This document shows positions 7,734-15,687 of a DNA stretch of 24,000 nucleotides, piece after piece. Below the pieces are notes generated by a model. That model had not been told where the DNA came from. It searched no databases and was given only the letters and a program-made list of their open reading frames with translations. The position numbers and the translations under genes were made by a program. Numbering within the stretch: the first letter of the stretch is position 1; each line of letters starts with the position of its first letter. The stretch comes from Bacillota bacterium (GTDB lineage: Bacteria > Bacillota > Clostridia > DSM-8532), in contig JAEZJF010000020.1 of NCBI GenBank assembly GCA_023415825.1, positions 32,615 to 56,614 on the forward strand, in the 5' to 3' direction.

Positions 7734-9164
7734 ATGGGATTTCTTGAAAAGCAGTTCCAACTCAAGGAGAAGGGTACCAATGTAAGAACCGAAGCAGTAG
7801 CTGGTATTACGACCTTCTTCACCATGGCCTACATCATCTTTGTTAATCCAACCATGCTCGGTCTGACCGGTATGCCAGAGGGCGGCATCTATGTTGCCAC
7901 AATTTTAGCGGCAGCAATTGCTACATTGATTATGGGCCTTTTCGCAAATGTCCCCTATGCTCAGGCTCCCGGTATGGGCATGAACGCTTTCTTTACCTTC
8001 ACAGTATGCTTCGGTCTCAAGTTTACATGGCAACAGGCTTTGGCAATGGTATTCATCTGCGGTGTCATTAACATTATCATCACAGCAACCCAGATCAGAA
8101 AAATGATTATCAAAGCTATTCCTCTATCTCTCCAATACGCCATAGGCGGTGGTATTGGACTTTTTATTGCCTATATCGGCTTTAAAAGTGCCGGCTTCCT
8201 TAAGTTTACTTCTGAAGCAAAACCCTGGGCTCCTTTATTTGTGCTACCTCCCGAAGGAACACCTGCTACTGTTGTCGCCAATGGCGCTAATGTTGTTCCT
8301 GCACTTGTTAACTTCACCGACGCCGGTGCTCAGCTGGCTCTCATTGGTCTGGCAATCACCGTCATACTGATGATCATCAAGGTTAAGGGTGCTATCTTGA
8401 TCGGTATTGTCGCCACTACCTTAATCGGTATTCCTATGAATGTTACAAGTCTTGACATGTCCACCCCTTATAAGATCTCTGATATTTCCCAGACCTTTTT
8501 CGCTCTTGATTTTTCCGGTCTTTTCGCTGATCCCGGCAAGATTTTGATTGTTATAACAACTATCTTTGCCTTCAGCCTGTCCGATACCTTTGATACCATC
8601 GGAACCTTCATTGGTACCGGTAGAAAAAGCGGTATCTTTGATGACAAGGATGAAGCGGAGCTGTTCCAGGGCAAAGGCTTTAAGTCCAAGATGGACAAAG
8701 CGCTCTTCGCTGATGCTACGGCTACCTCCATCGGTGCTCTTCTAGGAACCTCCAATACCACTACCTATGTTGAAAGTGCAGCTGGTATCGGTGCAGGTGG
8801 TAAAACCGGTTTGACCAGTGTCTTTACTGCAGTACTCTTCCTCATCTGCCTTGTTTTCGCGCCTGTTGCCGGAATCATCCCCGCAGCTGCCACCGCTCCG
8901 GCCCTCATCGTTGTAGGTGTTCTCATGATGAGTTCCTTTGCAAAAATTAATTGGGAAGATTTTGATGAAGCGCTGGGTGCTTTCTTTACCGCAGTGGTTA
9001 TGCCTTTCTCCTACAGCATAGCTAACGGTATCGCAGTAGGCTTTATCTTCTACATCATCATGAAGGTTGCTAAAGGTAAGTTCAAGGACGTCCATCCCAT
9101 TATGTATATCGTAACCGCATTATTTGTTGCCAACTTCGTTATAAGCGCATTGCTGAAATTGTAA
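7734..9164 (+). CDS. NCS2/AzgA-family purine permease (guanine/hypoxanthine/adenine type)
   Basis: MGFLEKQFQLKEKGTNVRTEAVAGITTFFTMAYIIFVNP is the characteristic AzgA/PbuG-type N-terminus, and the protein has about 12 hydrophobic segments. The start was trimmed to ATG 7734, which follows GGAGGG (7721-7726) at 7 nt. Confidence 0.9.
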   Translation: MGFLEKQFQLKEKGTNVRTEAVAGITTFFTMAYIIFVNPTMLGLTGMPEGGIYVATILAAAIATLIMGLFANVPYAQAPGMGMNAFFTFTVCFGLKFTWQQALAMVFICGVINIIITATQIRKMIIKAIPLSLQYAIGGGIGLFIAYIGFKSAGFLKFTSEAKPWAPLFVLPPEGTPATVVANGANVVPALVNFTDAGAQLALIGLAITVILMIIKVKGAILIGIVATTLIGIPMNVTSLDMSTPYKISDISQTFFALDFSGLFADPGKILIVITTIFAFSLSDTFDTIGTFIGTGRKSGIFDDKDEAELFQGKGFKSKMDKALFADATATSIGALLGTSNTTTYVESAAGIGAGGKTGLTSVFTAVLFLICLVFAPVAGIIPAAATAPALIVVGVLMMSSFAKINWEDFDEALGAFFTAVVMPFSYSIANGIAVGFIFYIIMKVAKGKFKDVHPIMYIVTALFVANFVISALLKL

Positions 9165-9204
9165 CATTGCATTAACTAAAATAATCAGACATCATTGGAT
9201 TTTA

Positions 9205-9252
9205 GAGCCATGTGTGGATGTAATATTTAATACATTTGCCATGGCTTTTTCC
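9205..9252 (+). terminator. Probable rho-independent terminator of the permease gene
   Basis: AGCCATG (9206-9212) pairs with CATGGCT (9240-9246), with inner ATGTA/TACAT pairing, and is followed by TTTTTCC. It begins 41 nt after the stop codon. Confidence 0.5.
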
Positions 9253-9301
9253 ATATGTTACATTAAAAGAGTCAATCTTTTTGGCAGGGAGTCAGACCGC
9301 C

Positions 9302-10552
9302 GTGAAAAACAAGCTTTGGAACAGAAACTTCATTTTAGCATATATCGGTATGATTATTTCCGCCGCAGGCGGCATTGGCTTAAGTGTTGCTCTGAGCGTG
9401 GTGGTGTTTTCAGAAACAAAATCCACCGTGCTGTCTGCGCTTTTTGGTGCGCTGTCTATGGTTCCGCAGTTCGTACTTCCACTCATCATCGGCCCCGTTG
9501 TTGACAGGCGCGATCCTCTGAAAGTGCTTGTGCGAAACGAAGTTATTCTTGCGATCCTGTTTTTTATAGCGGCAGGCTACACCTATTTTTACGGATTCAA
9601 CTACACCGTTTATATGCTGTTTTCTTTTTTGATAAGCAGCTTTGGTGTTGTTTCACAGCTTGCCTCTTCCAGTGTCATTCCGCAGATTATGGCGCGTGAA
9701 AACTATGTGCGCGGCAACGCCATTTTAAGCGTGATTTATCCGCTGTGCAGTGTTGCGGTAACACCTGTCGCCATAAAGCTTTTTGACAGGTACGGTCTGC
9801 CTCTTATCCTTGCTGCGTACGGTGTCGCAAGTCTGATTGATGCCGCTCTTGAAAGCCGTATCAACGTAAAATTTGAGTTTATAGAGGCTCAAAAGACAAG
9901 CCTCAAGGAATACGGAGCAGACCTTCGCGAGGGCTTCCGTTATTTCCTTTCGGATCCCGGTATCCGCTCGGTTTTCCTGCTGTTTGCCATTGTCAACTTT
10001 TCGGACGCATCACCCAGAGTGCTGATGTACCCGTTTTTTAACCAAAGTACCACCCTGACAAACGACCATTTTGCTCTTATGACCTCTATCGCAAGTGCGG
10101 GGTATCTGGTGGGAGGGCTTTTGCACTATTTTGTAAAGATACCTGAAAACAAGCGGTTTTCCATTGCTATTGCAGTCTATTTTATCTTTTCGTCCTTAGA
10201 TGGTGTTTTCTTCCTTATGCCCTTTACTGTGATGTGCGCCGTCCGCTTCCTGCTGGGTATTTTAGGTATGAACAGCGCCAATATCCGTATAAGCGCCGTA
10301 CAGAGTCATGTTCCCTATAACCTGCGTGCCAAGGTAAATGCGCTGTTTTTCGTTCTCGTTTCCGCCATGTCCATGCTTGGCCAAATTTTAGCGGGAGCGC
10401 TTGGCGAGGTACTTCCCTACTGGTTGATACAGTTGAGCTTCCAGGCCGCCTATCTTATCAGCGTCATCGTTTTTGCCCTGCCCAAGCGCAACAAGGTGCG
10501 CGAGCTTTACAATTACTCCTCGTCAGAAGCTGAACAGGGCGCAGTATGCTGA
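9302..10552 (+). CDS. MFS transporter (MFS_3/EntS-like efflux-type topology)
   Basis: About 12 TM segments, an N-terminus KNKLWNRNFILAYIGMIISAAG and the motif PLIIGPVVDRRDP, all typical of this MFS subgroup. The track start, TTG 9236, lies inside the upstream terminator hairpin. I prefer the in-frame GTG at 9302, 10 nt after GGGAG (9287-9291). TTG 9281 is an alternative, so the start is uncertain. Confidence 0.7.
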   Translation: MKNKLWNRNFILAYIGMIISAAGGIGLSVALSVVVFSETKSTVLSALFGALSMVPQFVLPLIIGPVVDRRDPLKVLVRNEVILAILFFIAAGYTYFYGFNYTVYMLFSFLISSFGVVSQLASSSVIPQIMARENYVRGNAILSVIYPLCSVAVTPVAIKLFDRYGLPLILAAYGVASLIDAALESRINVKFEFIEAQKTSLKEYGADLREGFRYFLSDPGIRSVFLLFAIVNFSDASPRVLMYPFFNQSTTLTNDHFALMTSIASAGYLVGGLLHYFVKIPENKRFSIAIAVYFIFSSLDGVFFLMPFTVMCAVRFLLGILGMNSANIRISAVQSHVPYNLRAKVNALFFVLVSAMSMLGQILAGALGEVLPYWLIQLSFQAAYLISVIVFALPKRNKVRELYNYSSSEAEQGAVC

Positions 10553-10731
10553 TATTCACAGAAAATTCACTTCTCCTTCATAGTTACTGACTTGAATTTT
10601 TAGATAAGTTAAGTAATAATGATGTCAATACTTTGATAAATCCGGAAATAATTATCGGATACAATAGAGTGCGTGAAACGCACAACAAGACTCGACCCGT
10701 AATAAGAACTGAGGAAGATTGGGTGAAAGGC

Positions 10732-11415
10732 ATGAATACTAACGCACATGTCCTGATCGTGGATGATGATATTAATATCTGTGAGCTCATAAGAATTTAC
10801 CTTGAGAAAGATAATTTCAAGGTTTCTCTTTCCCATGATGGCAAGAAAGCTGTCGAGGTATTTAAGGAACAGGCTCCGGATATTGTTATTCTTGATATCA
10901 TGCTCCCAGGCATGGATGGCTGGCAGGTGTGCCGGGAGATTCGAAAGCTCAGCAGCATCCCCATTATTATGCTTTCAGCCAAGGATGAAACCTTTAACAA
11001 GGTTTTGGGGCTGGAGCTGGGGGCTGATGATTACATGGTAAAGCCTTTTGAGCCCAAAGAGCTGATCGCAAGAATTCGCGCTGTTCTAAGGCGCTATGAC
11101 CGCCATGATGAGCATCCCCAGCAGCTTGTTTTTCCTGGACTTGTTATAAATAAATCTGATTACACAGTCAAGCTTAACGGCAATGATCTTGAGCTTCCTC
11201 CAAAAGAACTGGAGCTTCTGTTCTTCCTTGCCTCCAATCCCAATAAGGTCTTTACCCGGGAGCAGCTTTTGGAGAATGTTTGGGGGTTTGACTTCTACGG
11301 AGATACAAGAACAGTGGATGTGCATGTCAAAAGGCTCCGGGAAAAATTCGAGGGAGAGTATAAATGGCAGATAAAAACAGTGTGGGGTGTCGGTTACAAG
11401 TTTGAGGTGAGATGA
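10732..11415 (+). CDS. OmpR/PhoB-family response regulator (receiver plus winged-helix domains)
   Basis: HVLIVDDD, the phospho-acceptor context VILDIMLPGMDG, then KPF, and a C-terminal trans_reg_C segment (TVDVHVKRLREKF ... GVGYKF). The start was trimmed to ATG 10732. Confidence 0.9.
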   Translation: MNTNAHVLIVDDDINICELIRIYLEKDNFKVSLSHDGKKAVEVFKEQAPDIVILDIMLPGMDGWQVCREIRKLSSIPIIMLSAKDETFNKVLGLELGADDYMVKPFEPKELIARIRAVLRRYDRHDEHPQQLVFPGLVINKSDYTVKLNGNDLELPPKELELLFFLASNPNKVFTREQLLENVWGFDFYGDTRTVDVHVKRLREKFEGEYKWQIKTVWGVGYKFEVR

Positions 11416-12896
11416 TGATCAGAACAATGTTCGGAAAGATTCTTACAATTATATTATTAGTTCTCATCATCAGCTTTACCGTAACAGGCGTTCTCATGAA
11501 TGCCGGTATTCGCGAAATGGTCTCGGATCAAAAGGCTCAGCAGCTAAAGACGACTTCTGAAAAAGTTATAACGGCTCTGGAGGCCTATCTGAACAATAGT
11601 CAGTTTGGGAATGACATACTTTTTAAAAGCTTTCTTCAAACCCTGGCCTCCAACACCGATAGCCTTATTTGGATTGTTCGGAATGACGGAACCATTCTTC
11701 TCTATTCAAGTATTCCTCATTTCCTAAATGACAAGCTGACGACCTCGGAGGAAGGATGGCCGCGTCTTCCTGATGAACGGCAATATGGGAATAGGCTTAA
11801 AGGCAAGAACAAGACGGGAGATTTCTACGGCCTTTTTGCAGGCACGGGGGTTGACTGGCTTACAGTAAGCCAGCCCTTTGAATTAGATCATATTTCTCCT
11901 TATGATATTACGGTTGAGGGCTCTATTCTTATCCATTCTCAAATTCCAGCCATCAATAGAACCAAAACCTCCATATTGTTTATTTTCCTTGTGTCAGGAG
12001 CAGTGGGTGCCATCATTGCCCTGTTCTTTGTTACGCTTCTCACCCGCTATACGGTAAAACCGCTTAATCAGATGAAACTGGCTGCTCGACGTGTGGCATC
12101 TGGTGAATTTACACAGAGGATTGCCGTACGGGGAAAGGATGAGATAGCCGATCTTTCTGAAAGCTTTAACAGCATGGTGGTGGCCCTGGAGAACCTGGAG
12201 CAGATGCGCCGGGACTTTATCGGGAATGTAAGCCATGAGCTTCGCACACCCATTACAACAATCAAAGGCTTCATTGAAGGAATATTGGATGGTGTCATTC
12301 CTCCCGAGCGTCAAGAGGGATATTTATTGATAGTACGAGACGAGGTTCGGCGTATGCAGAATCTTGTCAATGATCTCTTGGATCTCGCCAAAATGCAGGG
12401 GGGAGAGGTCACTCTTAACCAATCTGATTTTGACATGAATGAATTGATTCGTCGCTGCGTCATTGGCCTTCAGCAGATGCTGGTGGAAAAAAACCTGGAA
12501 TTCAAAGCTGATTTTGAGACTGAGAGAATGTTTGTTCATGCAGATCGGGAAGCTATACAGAGGGTCATTATCAATTTGTTCCATAATGCAGTCAAGTTTA
12601 CCTCTCAAGGTGGCGAGATACGCGTCAGGACATATGTAGAAAAGGAAAAAGCATATATATCGGTAGAAGATACTGGAAAAGGTATATCCAAGGCTGAGCT
12701 GCCCTACATTTTTGAAAGATTTTACAAGGCAGATAAATCCAGAAGTATTGATCGGACAGGTCTTGGCCTGGGCCTTGCCATCGCGCGGAATATCATCGTT
12801 TCCCACAATGAAACCATAAAAGCGGAAAGTGAGGAAGGTTGTGGCGCGCGATTCATTTTTACCCTGCGTAGCGCACCTAAGGTTGAGTCATACTAA
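11412..12896 (+). CDS. Sensor histidine kinase (2 TM, extracytoplasmic loop of about 150 aa, HAMP, HisKA, HATPase_c)
   Basis: H-box SHELRTP, N-box NLFHNAVKFT and G-box GLGLGLAIARNI. The start ATG (11412 or 11415) overlaps the regulator stop codon (ATGATGA). Confidence 0.9.
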   Translation: MMIRTMFGKILTIILLVLIISFTVTGVLMNAGIREMVSDQKAQQLKTTSEKVITALEAYLNNSQFGNDILFKSFLQTLASNTDSLIWIVRNDGTILLYSSIPHFLNDKLTTSEEGWPRLPDERQYGNRLKGKNKTGDFYGLFAGTGVDWLTVSQPFELDHISPYDITVEGSILIHSQIPAINRTKTSILFIFLVSGAVGAIIALFFVTLLTRYTVKPLNQMKLAARRVASGEFTQRIAVRGKDEIADLSESFNSMVVALENLEQMRRDFIGNVSHELRTPITTIKGFIEGILDGVIPPERQEGYLLIVRDEVRRMQNLVNDLLDLAKMQGGEVTLNQSDFDMNELIRRCVIGLQQMLVEKNLEFKADFETERMFVHADREAIQRVIINLFHNAVKFTSQGGEIRVRTYVEKEKAYISVEDTGKGISKAELPYIFERFYKADKSRSIDRTGLGLGLAIARNIIVSHNETIKAESEEGCGARFIFTLRSAPKVESY

Positions 12897-12979
12897 AGTT
12901 AACATTTTATTCATACCTTCGTCAAAAATCGAAGCTATAATAAGACTCATCAAGGATCATGAAGGAAGGAGACTGTAAT

Positions 12980-14470
12980 ATGGATGAGTTTAATAAGGAA
13001 AACAACCAAAATAACGATAAAGAAGACAATAGCTGGGGGTTCACTCCTAGTTTTAACCCCGAGAACCATGACTATTCATCGGATGAAAAGACAAACGATA
13101 AAAGCACCGAGTCTCAAGGTTCTGAGGCCCCGCCGGAAATCTCCGATTTCGTTGGCGGGTCAAGTTCTTATAACGAGAGCAAGCCCGAGTTTCATTCAGG
13201 TTCTTACAATAGACCCAATGATTCGGAAGATCTTAAAACTTCCCAGTTTTACAACGAAAGCTATAAAAAGCCCGCAAAGGGAAGGCTAAAGGGGCTTCTT
13301 GTCCCAATGCTCATTGTTGCACTTTTGAGCTCTCTTCTGACAGGTGGTATTGTGGGGGCCTATTTTACCTTTGGAATGCCTCAAAACTATAACGGAGGTA
13401 AGGGCTATAAGAACAATCTGGTCAATGAAAATGGGGGTATTAAGCAGATTGAGATTGTGGATAAAACTACCGCTGCCTCAGCTGAACAGGCTGTGGCTGA
13501 AAAGGTCGGTATCTCAATTGTTGGCATCAATGTGACCTTTGAATACAGTGATATGTTCTTTGGTACAACCAAAAGCCAGGGGCAGGGGTCCGGGATTATT
13601 TATCGAAATGACGGCTATATTATAACCAATAATCATGTTATTGAGAATGCCATGCTGGGAACAAACGGTAATAAAGTATCTCCCGGCTCCAAAATTGAAG
13701 TTATTCTGCCAAACCAGGTGGATAAGCCTTATGAGGCCACTGTTGTCGGTCGTGATTCAAAAACCGATATTGCCATTCTAAAAATAAATGCTTCAGAGCT
13801 TCCTGCTGCAGACTTTGCCGATTCCGACCAGGTTAAAGTCGGAGAGAAGGCCATCGCTATCGGAAACCCTGCAGGGCTTGAATTTATGGGATCGGTAACC
13901 TCGGGTATTATAAGCGGACTAAATCGAAAAATAGAGTTCGATAACGGTAAAAGCATGCGGCTTATTCAAACCGATGCGGCTATCAACCCGGGGAATAGCG
14001 GCGGTGCCCTTCTGAATTCAAAAGGTGAGGTTATAGGCATCAACACTTCAAAAATCGGTGGAGAGGGCTATGAAGGACTGGGATTCGCCATTCCCTCCAA
14101 CCATGCTAAAGAAATTGCTGAGAGCCTGATTGAAAGCGGGTATGTTAAAGGCAGACCACAGCTTGGGATTAGCGTTAATACAAGTTTTAATAAAGAAATA
14201 GCTGATAAAAACAAAGTTCCCGAAGGTATTCTGGTAGCTGAAGTTACACCTTTGAGCGGTGCGTTTAAAGCAGGCATACAAGCCGGTGACATCATTACCA
14301 AGTTTAATGGTGTTGATATTAAAAGCTTTGAAGCTCTCGAAACTGAAAAGAATAAATTCAAAGCAGGAGATAAGGTGGAAATAACTCTTTATAGGATACC
14401 TAACAATGGGCCTGCCGACGAGGGCGTCTACAGAACTGTTGAAGTAACATTGGGTGAGGATACTCAATAG
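12980..14470 (+). CDS. htrA: HtrA/DegP-family membrane-anchored serine protease (S1C trypsin-like domain plus PDZ) with a low-complexity N-terminal extension of about 100 aa
   Basis: Catalytic contexts TNNHV (His), DIAILK (Asp) and GNSGGAL (Ser), followed by a C-terminal PDZ (GILVAEVTPLSGAFKAGIQAGDIITKFNG). There is a single TM, LLVPMLIVALLSSLLTGGIVGAYF. ATG 12980 lies 7 nt after GGAGA. No terminator separates it from the kinase gene. Confidence 0.9.
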   Translation: MDEFNKENNQNNDKEDNSWGFTPSFNPENHDYSSDEKTNDKSTESQGSEAPPEISDFVGGSSSYNESKPEFHSGSYNRPNDSEDLKTSQFYNESYKKPAKGRLKGLLVPMLIVALLSSLLTGGIVGAYFTFGMPQNYNGGKGYKNNLVNENGGIKQIEIVDKTTAASAEQAVAEKVGISIVGINVTFEYSDMFFGTTKSQGQGSGIIYRNDGYIITNNHVIENAMLGTNGNKVSPGSKIEVILPNQVDKPYEATVVGRDSKTDIAILKINASELPAADFADSDQVKVGEKAIAIGNPAGLEFMGSVTSGIISGLNRKIEFDNGKSMRLIQTDAAINPGNSGGALLNSKGEVIGINTSKIGGEGYEGLGFAIPSNHAKEIAESLIESGYVKGRPQLGISVNTSFNKEIADKNKVPEGILVAEVTPLSGAFKAGIQAGDIITKFNGVDIKSFEALETEKNKFKAGDKVEITLYRIPNNGPADEGVYRTVEVTLGEDTQ

Positions 14471-14522
14471 AATCTTTAATTACAATAAATAATATGTATA
14501 ACAAATACCAATAATTTTCCAT

Positions 14523-14559
14523 AAAAAAAGCTGTCATACAATTTCTGACAGCTTTTTTT
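14523..14559 (+). terminator. Rho-independent terminator after htrA
   Basis: AAAAAAAGCTGTCA (14523-14536), a 10-nt loop, then TGACAGCTTTTTTT (14547-14559). Confidence 0.8.
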
Positions 14560-14563
14560 GCAT

Positions 14564-14637
14564 GTTTACCGCAGTTATTACATTAAAAACCGCAGTTATT
14601 ACATTTCGCGTCATAAGCCTCAATTTTTTGATATAGT
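14564..14637 (+). promoter_or_regulatory. LytTR/AgrA-type operator (two direct repeats at 21-bp phasing) plus a -10 hexamer. An activator-dependent promoter, here called P-orphan.
   Basis: ACCGCAGTTATTACATT occurs at 14568-14584 and again at 14589-14605. The GCAGTTATT core resembles the AgrA half-site ACAGTTAAG, and 9 bp plus a 12-bp spacer gives the 21-bp period. TATAGT at 14632-14637 lies 26 nt after the second repeat. There is no recognisable -35. Confidence 0.7.
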
Positions 14638-14643
14638 AAAAAC

Positions 14644-14866
14644 AGATTTAAAACTCCTCCAGCCACCCTAGAGCTGCTCATTTTATAATCCCTGTACCAA
14701 TTATAAAATGAGCAATGCGTTGGATAATGGAGCATAAAGACAAAATGAAGGAAGGCTATAGGTCCCCCCATATGAAGCATTCTTAATTTTGAGACTTTAA
14801 TGGCCTTATCACGCAGTAATCCACTATTATTGAAAAAGCACCGTGCCTGCACGGTGCTTTTTCAAT
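14644..14866 (+). ncRNA. Candidate agr/LytTR-dependent small RNA of about 220 nt. A very short peptide gene is an alternative. The 5' end is predicted, not observed.
   Basis: It is bounded by P-orphan and a strong terminator. The longest ATG ORFs are 9-23 aa and lack an RBS. It contains CTCCTCC (14654-14660), a perfect 12-bp hairpin TCATTTTATAAT/ATTATAAAATGA (14678-14711) with a loop beginning CCC, and a CCCCCC run (14764-14769). Confidence 0.4.
14829..14866 (+). terminator. Strong rho-independent terminator (symmetrical A/T tracts) ending the orphan transcript
   Basis: ATTGAAAAAGCACCGTGC (14829-14846) pairs with GCACGGTGCTTTTTCAAT (14849-14866). Confidence 0.8.
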
Positions 14867-14978
14867 AGTATGGGTGAAACTTGAGGTGTGTTCTTTCCCC
14901 TACGTACCTCTGGATTTTTTATGACAAAAGCCGCCTAATATAGGTTTAATATTACCAAATATACCAATTATATAGTGG

Positions 14979-15052
14979 GTTTACCGCAGTTATTACATTT
15001 CAAGCCGCAGTTATTACATTTCGCGTTTTTTCTTGTTGTTTTTTGCTATACT
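14979..15052 (+). promoter_or_regulatory. Second copy of the LytTR/AgrA-type operator plus a -10 hexamer. Autoinducible promoter of agrBD (P2-like).
   Basis: ACCGCAGTTATTACATT at 14983-14999 and GCCGCAGTTATTACATT at 15004-15020, again with a 21-bp period. TATACT at 15047-15052 lies 26 nt after the second repeat. The -35 is poor. The agrB ATG is 28 nt downstream of the -10. Confidence 0.75.
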
Positions 15053-15079
15053 GAAGCGGAAGAAAAGGGGGGCAAGATC

Positions 15080-15664
15080 ATGCTTCAGCAGGTTGCCAGT
15101 GATTTGACAGAGCTCCTCCTTAAGAAGGAGATTGTCAAGGAGCAAGATAAAGAAATCTATACTTATGGCTTTGAGGCTATGTTTTCTACAATCATCAATA
15201 CCATCCTCGTTTTGACTATAGGTATACTGGCAGGGACACTTCTTGAAACCTTGATTTATCTGATATGTTTTGCTCTGCTTAGAGTTTATTGTGGTGGATA
15301 TCATGCCAAAACTCATGTGGGCTGCATACTAATGTTTGTTGGGCTTTACGGATCGGCTATGTTTATTCCTCATCTCATACCTGCACAGTACAATGGCTTG
15401 TTATCCATAGTCATTGGCGGTATTTCTCTTACGGCGATATTTCTGTATGCACCTATTGAGCATCAAAACAGACCGTTTGTAGGAAACGAGTATAAGACCT
15501 TTCGTAAGCTTGCCCGAATTATTGTGCTTTTAGAAGCCGCACTTATTGTTTTCATTTCAGCCATCTATCAAAATTTCTCGAAAATAGCCTTGATTATCTC
15601 AATGGCCATGATTAGTGTTGTGTTCATATTGGCTTTAGCCAAAATTATAGAAAGAAAGAGGTGA
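15080..15664 (+). CDS. agrB: AgrB-family membrane endopeptidase that processes the autoinducing peptide (AIP) precursor, 194 aa
   Basis: A polytopic protein with the AgrB signature region LLRVYCGGYHAKTHVGC, which carries the catalytic His and Cys contexts. ATG 15080 follows AAAAGGGGGG. The track extension from 14975 runs through the operator repeats and was rejected. Confidence 0.9.
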   Translation: MLQQVASDLTELLLKKEIVKEQDKEIYTYGFEAMFSTIINTILVLTIGILAGTLLETLIYLICFALLRVYCGGYHAKTHVGCILMFVGLYGSAMFIPHLIPAQYNGLLSIVIGGISLTAIFLYAPIEHQNRPFVGNEYKTFRKLARIIVLLEAALIVFISAIYQNFSKIALIISMAMISVVFILALAKIIERKR

Positions 15665-15687
15665 ATCATGTGATTAGAGGTTTTGCA

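Noticed and set aside
14583-14852. An 89-aa minus-strand ORF covering the htrA-agrB intergenic region
   Set aside because: It runs through the LytTR operator repeat and into the terminator hairpin. It has no RBS and a odd, Cys/His/Phe-rich composition. The + strand promoter and terminator geometry explains the region better.
14564-15026. Possibility that the repeated 17-bp elements form a CRISPR array or a mobile-element end
   Set aside because: There are only two pairs of direct repeats, with a 21-bp period, so there are no spacer-sized intervals. No cas or transposase genes are present. The fixed distance to -10 hexamers, next to a LytTR regulator gene, fits operator sites.
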